Shown here one piece after another: positions 57,801-64,000 of a stretch of DNA of 64,000 bases; within the stretch, counting starts at the first letter, position 1, and each line of letters begins with the position of its first letter. The DNA lies in the NCBI GenBank assembly GCA_040954595.2, contig CM082592.2, forward strand, positions 1,240,001 to 1,304,000. The letters are read 5' to 3'. The notes beneath the pieces are model-generated. The model worked only from the letters and a program-made list of their open reading frames with translations. It searched no databases and was not told where the DNA came from. A program made the position numbers and the translations under genes. Source of the DNA: Balanoglossus misakiensis. Lineage: Eukaryota > Animalia > Hemichordata.

Positions 57801-60800
57801 CAATATGATAGGGTGCAAGTAGCTAGCGAACTCCTACAGCATGTGACCCACGCCTTGGACATCATTTCTGTTTACTGTAAAACGGCTCCCATAATTTGCT
57901 AGCTGACAATTACGAAAAGAGATGTTTGTGCTTTGATGTCAGACTTGCCTAATCCAATTTATCCTAGCAGATACTATCCTATCATATCCTAATCTCATCT
58001 TAATTAATATAATCTAAACTAAATTAATATGATTTTGTTTCTTATATTGTCCTGCCCAGCCTGGAACCCTCGCACTTTCAAGACCACTGCTCAACAACGT
58101 GATCGCAGAGGGGAAAAGGGTTCAATCATTCTTCCAGCACTAAGCTTAACTGAACCAATTTGAAACGAAATTCGGACGTTGTATTTTCTTCTAGCGTGAG
58201 TCAATAAAAAAACACGTACCTCTATTGTAAGTATCGCCTCAAGATCGTCATATTCCACATGTACAGATTTCACTGCACGTCTTGCAGTCTGTGCGTCCTT
58301 TGCCACGATGCCCCCAATTATGTGACCCACATATGTGACCTGTTCAAAAACAAGCAAGTATACTCTATGAATAGTATAATGTACAAGTGGAGTGCAATCG
58401 CTCAGGTTTGAACGAACTCAAAATGTGAGAGAGTGTACGCCACGGGTACATTATCCGGCGTACAATTACACGTAACAGTATGGCTACATATGTGATCTTG
58501 GTAACGTATACTTAACAGCTGTTCAGTCCGTCAAGTTGCTTCAAGGAAGTTCTGTTACATTGAACAAAAAAACTCTTAAGTTAACCGTGTGAAACCCCAA
58601 GAAATGAAACCCCAACCAAAGGTCGAGCCCAGCGCACAGATTCCATTACAAAATGAGTACATTTGTACTGCGTATGTCCCCGTACCTCATTTCCAGCAAA
58701 GAGGCCATCGTTTGTTCCAGTTATCGACTCAGCGTCAACATAGCAGACCACTCCTTGAATTGCCAGGACTTCAACAGTGTTTATTGACCTATGGCCACGA
58801 AAAATAGGTTTATGTGAAATACCGCAAATCTTGCGTTTCTCTGCGCTCCACTTTAAGACACCCATTATTACTACATCACATTTAAAACTGTTCATCAGTT
58901 TAACATTGAAAATGAAGTGAAGCTATAAAAACAGCATAAATATTCAAATTCAATTAAAGGAGAGGGATGAATGGGCCACCATTAAAAGTAATACATATAT
59001 ACAACTGTCACAAATCAGTTTAACATGACAGAAAAATAACTTTAACCTAGTGCGGTATGAAAAAATGCTTATTTGCCAGGACAAAATGCACTGTTTGTTA
59101 CTTACCTTATCCTTGCGTGTGGCCGGCTACTGGTAAGGAGAGCCAAAAACAGTTCATCTGCGAAAAAATGCCAAGAAGAAAAGGAGTTTTACAGAATGTA
59201 CACCTTAGCCTGGATTGTAGAAGACCACATAGCTTATACGACAAACTTACAAACTATAGGGTGTAAGTTAGTGCAGGGCGATGTCATGTTGAATTGCATC
59301 TTTCACTGCAAGAGTTACAGTTCCTCCCCTCTTTTGATTCAACAGATCACCATATAGCGTGATTGTGATTTTTACCTTTCCTTGGCGGAATGTCATCAAG
59401 GAAAGTTGCTTCGCCAGTTGAAAGTTGATAGGACGAAGTGTGCTGTTTGGGTTTCCCGATTTCGCCGTGAGTATGCTCCTGAAAGAAGATGCCGTCACTT
59501 TCTTGAAACGCTTTCACATTTATGACATAATTAAATGTATGTAGTCCATTAAGAATTATTCTTAACTGACCCGAAGGGTATTTCCAACTTCTACAATGGG
59601 CCAAACTATCATTAAAAAATCATAAAAAGAGTTCGTATTAATTTAGTATATCTGTTTTTGGATAATTTAGGCAAAAAACACCTATACCTGCCACATTTGA
59701 GTTCCACCACCTGGGGGTATTGGCTCGAACCCGATACGCATATAAGGGTCAACTGAGTCGCCGCTTTTGAGTTGTTTTACCATATAATAGAAATCAAAAA
59801 AGAAATTCTTCATGGTCATAAGTTTAAATTCGTTAGTCTTCTGTAAATTGGTCTTGTCAATTGGTGACATTCTCGATGTAGTTATATTGTCGGAATTGTC
59901 GTGAAGAATTCTGAAGACATCTTCCAAAATGGAGTCATTCCACTCCCTATAAAGAGAAAAAAAAATGTTTTGTAGTGAAAAAGCTAAATGAAAACTGCCG
60001 CGTTGCATCGGTATTTAACCATTTGTTAAATTGGATCACCACATTTAGTTTGCATGTAAGGTTATATTCTACCTTAAGTTCTACATTTTGAGATCCAACA
60101 GTTGCTCTTACTTTCCCTTGAGAGTCATGGCTATGTCATTCTGAATCTTTTGGGATGTTGCCAGGCCAATTCCTCCATAGCGTATTTTCAAGTCACCAAT
60201 ATCGTTGTCGCTGTTATTGAAATACACTCTCATACCGGCATTGACAACATCAAATTCTATGTCGCGACGATGGGGTGTGTTCGTTCGGTACGATCCAAAA
60301 TATTCTCCCTTGTGGGGAAAAATGAAAAAAAAAATAGAATATAAAAAATAATGAGCAATGTGACAAAGGATAATCCTCTGAATATGGATGACGTTTGAGG
60401 GAAATGATGTTTTTGTAAATACACGTATCTTCACAGTTGAACAACTGTTCAGATCTGCAATTATTTTATTCATAAAATGATGCATTTTAAAATTTTGAGA
60501 CTTGCTACTTCCAAAAGCAAAGCTATTAAACCATCTATGTTCACATGTATGTGGCTATAAAAGACTGAAAATGTAAAAAATGCCTTTGAATCATCATGAA
60601 ACTTATAACTGCAACCACCAGTCATTATGCAATGTTATCTTTATGAAATCAATATCTCTAGCATTTGGTCAGTGTACTTTGGATTATCATCAAATAATTA
60701 GAAATGTTCACCAAATGCGGTATATATGCTTATATTAGTAACTATACGAGATGATGCTAGATACAGATTCGTACAAGTAAAACCAATACTTCTAGCATGT

Positions 60801-62417
60801 AAAATTAATTCGATGGAATGATAATAACACAGAAAAAAACTTTCAATATATAAAATAGGAGTTAATTAACAGGTCCAAATGTATCTTAGTGCAGCGAGAC
60901 CTCTGTCAGTTCAATAACTATAACTGTAGCAAAAATATTTCAGATAGTTTCGTCACTTAGAAAAGTTCAGTAAACATGCAAATTTGCAGTTTATTGATTA
61001 AGAAGTTCAAATCTGCTTTGCAAACTGTCTTTTTACAGACAAGCGGGCAGACGGACATAGGCACTCTTTTTTTATTTTCGTACTTACGTATTTTGTTAGA
61101 GGAATTGCGATAGATGCAACAACATCTTGGTTTCTAAAGGCAAAATTTCTACCTTTCAAACAAAACTGTTCAACGGGAATGGTTTCCTCAATGCCTGTTG
61201 AACAAATACAAACGAGATTTGTTCAGTTTTTACTGCTAGGTAATTGTCAATTGGTATCTGTTAGTCATTCAAAAGTAGGTTTCCGTTACCAAATGAATCA
61301 AATCAGGCATGTACATGTAGATGTAAATGAAAAAGATTGTTACAAACTGGTATTTAAGCGTGAAAGACGAGAGACAATTCACACATCAAGTTGAAATCAC
61401 CTCTTTGTCCAACAACCATTACATCACTTCCGGCGGCAATGAGTGATGGGAGTATGTCAGAGGTTACCAGAGCTGCAACAATGTGACCTCCAATTGTCTA
61501 CAAGAAGTTTCGAAAATTATTTTATGAGGTATTATTATTACTCGAATTAAAGAGTATTCTTTTAACAAATGCATTACATGTAGTTCAATGTGATACTATT
61601 CATTCAAATAGTCAAAGCCAGGATCACAGAAATGGCTTCGTATACTTCAAAACATGTGGGACTGGTCAATTACTTTTGCCTGGGGGCGGTGGATTCATGG
61701 GGGTCACCTTGATATGGAATTGGGTGATGGAGGACGCCATGTTCAATGGGGGGGTCACTCACATTTTGATAGCCGGAAAATAGAATCCACCCTCCAGAAT
61801 GAAGAAACGGACCAGTCCCTAAGTTTGTACTACAACCATTTGATTGGTTTTGTCACTAATGAAAACTTGGGTGTCCCAAATTTGTAATTGCAGGTGGTGT
61901 GTTTTGAGCTGTCGACGTGGAATACCCTTTCGAGTTTGTTGAACTTACTGCAGTGTTCCTTGTTTGAGGTCCTCCTACACTCAGAAGCATGGTTTTCAAG
62001 GCCTTCACAACATGAACTTTGGATGCTGAAGAACAACAAAGATAATTTAAGAATTCAAATTACACAATGATACTTTCACAATTGAATTGCATGCAACTTT
62101 AATCTGTAAGACCTGACCTCACTGGAAACTGAAAAGTATACGCGTATACCATTTTCATATATTAGTCTACAGCCCCCATGCAGCCATCATGAACTTGAAC
62201 TAAAAGTGAGGCCATTGGAGAGAAGAGCTGTCAATAAGGAGTATGTTACCTGGTAAGGTTGATATCAGGTTATCAAAGAAATCTATAGCTGCTGCCATGG
62301 GTACAGCTGAACCTATCTTCAGATGATTTTCTGTGACCTCTAATTGGCAGAGTTCCTGTACATGAGAGGTGGACACTACCATCGCGGGGCTTTTCTTCTG
62401 CAAAACTGCTGTTAGAC
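46198..62417 (-). CDS. Xanthine oxidase family molybdo-flavoenzyme, aldehyde-oxidase-like; partial (5' exons not identified)
   Basis: Exons 62250-62417, 61401-61497, 61088-61194, 60112-60308, 59688-59946, 59376-59478, 59106-59157, 58686-58788, 58220-58339, 57311-57532, 56988-57121, 56648-56822, 56084-56275, 50635-50780, 50326-50407, 49798-50022, 48645-48719, 48292-48344, 46905-47085, 46544-46732 and 46198-46368. Motifs [71 protein letters not shown] and SKGIGE. Confidence 0.9.
47193..48009 (+). mobile_element. HINE-like family A, intronic copy
   Basis: TTTTTAGGTCCC.TGGTA head and ATGGGACCACAGTGTCCTTGACGCTATTTTTT tail. Confidence 0.62.
48793..49572. mobile_element. PIF/Harbinger (Tourist-like) MITE
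   Basis: 25-bp TIR GGCTGCATTCACAAACACCTCTGGA with a 3-bp TAA TSD (48790-48792 and 49573-49575). Confidence 0.85.
52988..54967. mobile_element. Palindromic Kolobok-like MITE interrupted by a HINE
   Basis: TTAA|AGGGACAAAGTCTCTCTC ... GAGAGAGACTTTGTCCCT|TTAA; 53030-53160 is an imperfect inverted copy of 53170-53290. Confidence 0.82.
53291..54929 (-). mobile_element. HINE-like family B relative with ~240-bp internal tandem repeats and a (GAA)n tract
   Basis: AAATATAGCTGCAAGCAGC...GGGCCCAAGC tail and CAATAGGGCCCAAGCCTGCTGGGCTTGGGCCC head, same architecture as 42119-44770. Confidence 0.72.
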
Positions 62418-64000
62418 CTATATAATTGTGTTAATAGAGATGTCTTTAATAATAATACTTAAATAAAGAATTATATAAAAAATAATAATTTTAATAATAA
62501 TAGGTCCGATTTCCACAAAAAATTCACCATAGGGGTATCTTGGCTCAAAAAGAAAAAAAATGATATCCGTTTAGTGATCACATGTTTCTATGACAACCAT
62601 TTTTGACCTGAAAATATGCATTTTTGCTAGGAGAGGGTATCACAAGTCAATTTAAATAATAATAATTATAGGTTGGATTTGAACACAAAATTACACTCAG
62701 TCTGGCAGTATTTTTGGTCACAAAGAAAACATTTGGGGTTTATTTTCCGAATGCACATTTATAAGTTGGTGAAAATTGACTTCTTTCAAGACAGAGGAAC
62801 TGCGCATGTGCAGAACAACTGGCAATACAGCCTGCCGATTTCCACAGTTTCACTACAAAAAATCACAAGATACAATAGTATCGCTCGGAAATCCAATCAA
62901 TCAAATGTTCATGCATATTTCCTGACTGTCTACCAGTTTTAAAACATAAATCCATTGGTAGTGCATAAACGACTTTTACGTTTACCGTCTATTTGTTGTT
63001 GTATGGTTATCGAAGGAAGGCAGTTACAGGACACACTCGTAGAAGAGGTACACTGTTTGAGTGTTGACGGTGAGTCTGTGTTAACTTTGGCAGTTCAGCG
63101 TGACTTCAACACTAGATAGACAACTAGCAGAAAAGTCTGCAAACTTTTGAATTTCTGGAAATGTTTTATTTGGTACGGTTATGAAATAATTTTCGTTTAT
63201 GAAGAATCAAATCTCAGCGACGCACGATAGCTTCTGATGAATGCGAAGACCTGTCAGCTGACACGCAAATGCAGTCAAAACATAAAATTCAACGTTGAAA
63301 ACGGAACCGCGAGATGCCCCGTGTGTCTGTCCTGTCACCTCGTCTGAGAAAACAATAACATTCCCGAGAAATAACAACACGAAATCCAAAGTATCGTGAT
63401 AACATTTCTTCATTTCTCCGATTCTATTTGGCTGCCATGTAAACATTGCGTCTGTTTGACAACGACACAAACGTAGCATAACTCAGAAGTCAATACTTCG
63501 ATTAAAAATAATGATTTTAACACTAACCTTCCTGTTCCACGATATCTGTGGTTTCTCTGGCGCTCAAAATCTCACGATATGTGCAATTCTAAAGCCAACT
63601 TGGGTATTATTCCTGTCGTTTTAGCCACGAAAACTGGGCAGACGACACGACGCGAAATAGCTGGTTCACACTCAGTTGACATCGCGTGATTTCAGAGCGC
63701 GCGCAAACACGCGAAAAATTGCTACAATGTTGTACGTAAATAAACTCGGTCTCCAACTCCCGTTTGGTTTCGAGCGAAGTTTTTCACCTAAGATTTGTCG
63801 TACACACGCCACCAGACTAACCGGGTAACAAGGTTTTAAATATTGTTAACAATACCCGTGATCTTTTTGTGAATATGTAGAAAATCGCCAACCGAAAACG
63901 TTGAAACGTCGTCTGCAATTTTAGATACATAGGCCACTTTGAAAAATGTTGTCTTTAGCACTAAATTATGAATCTGAAGAATCAGGAATGATTGTACAGA

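Noticed and set aside
62500-64000. Possible further oxidase exons or a transposon end
   Set aside because: No convincing XDH/AOX motif or paired terminus could be identified within the window.

Overview
AT-rich eukaryotic (animal) genomic DNA with GT-AG introns, most plausibly a marine invertebrate deuterostome (inference from the transposon repertoire). Bases ~1-45.8 kb are a dense, deeply nested transposon cluster over a decayed EGF/GCC2 transmembrane gene. It holds three LINEs (Tx1/L1, RTE-X-like, CR1/L2-like) and an apparently intact 3-exon Sola DNA transposon sitting inside the YADD codons of the RTE-X reverse transcriptase. It also holds an internally deleted Gmr1-type Gypsy element (integrase directly after protease), and a 6.9-kb TAC-ended, 6-bp-TSD (IS3EU-like) element carrying spliced HECT E3-ligase exons and palindromic 50-bp arrays in its TIRs. 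A second, decayed Sola is interrupted by a 5.6-kb foldback element whose two arms carry inward-facing ATG exons. Kolobok-like, Harbinger-like and Helentron-associated (HINE-like) non-autonomous elements are scattered throughout. Bases 46.2-62.4 kb hold 21 recognisable minus-strand exons of a xanthine-oxidase-family molybdo-flavoenzyme with aldehyde-oxidase-type active-site residues; its 5' exons were not identified. No prokaryotic systems, CRISPR, rRNA or tRNA genes were seen. All family names come from motif recognition by eye, not from database searches.
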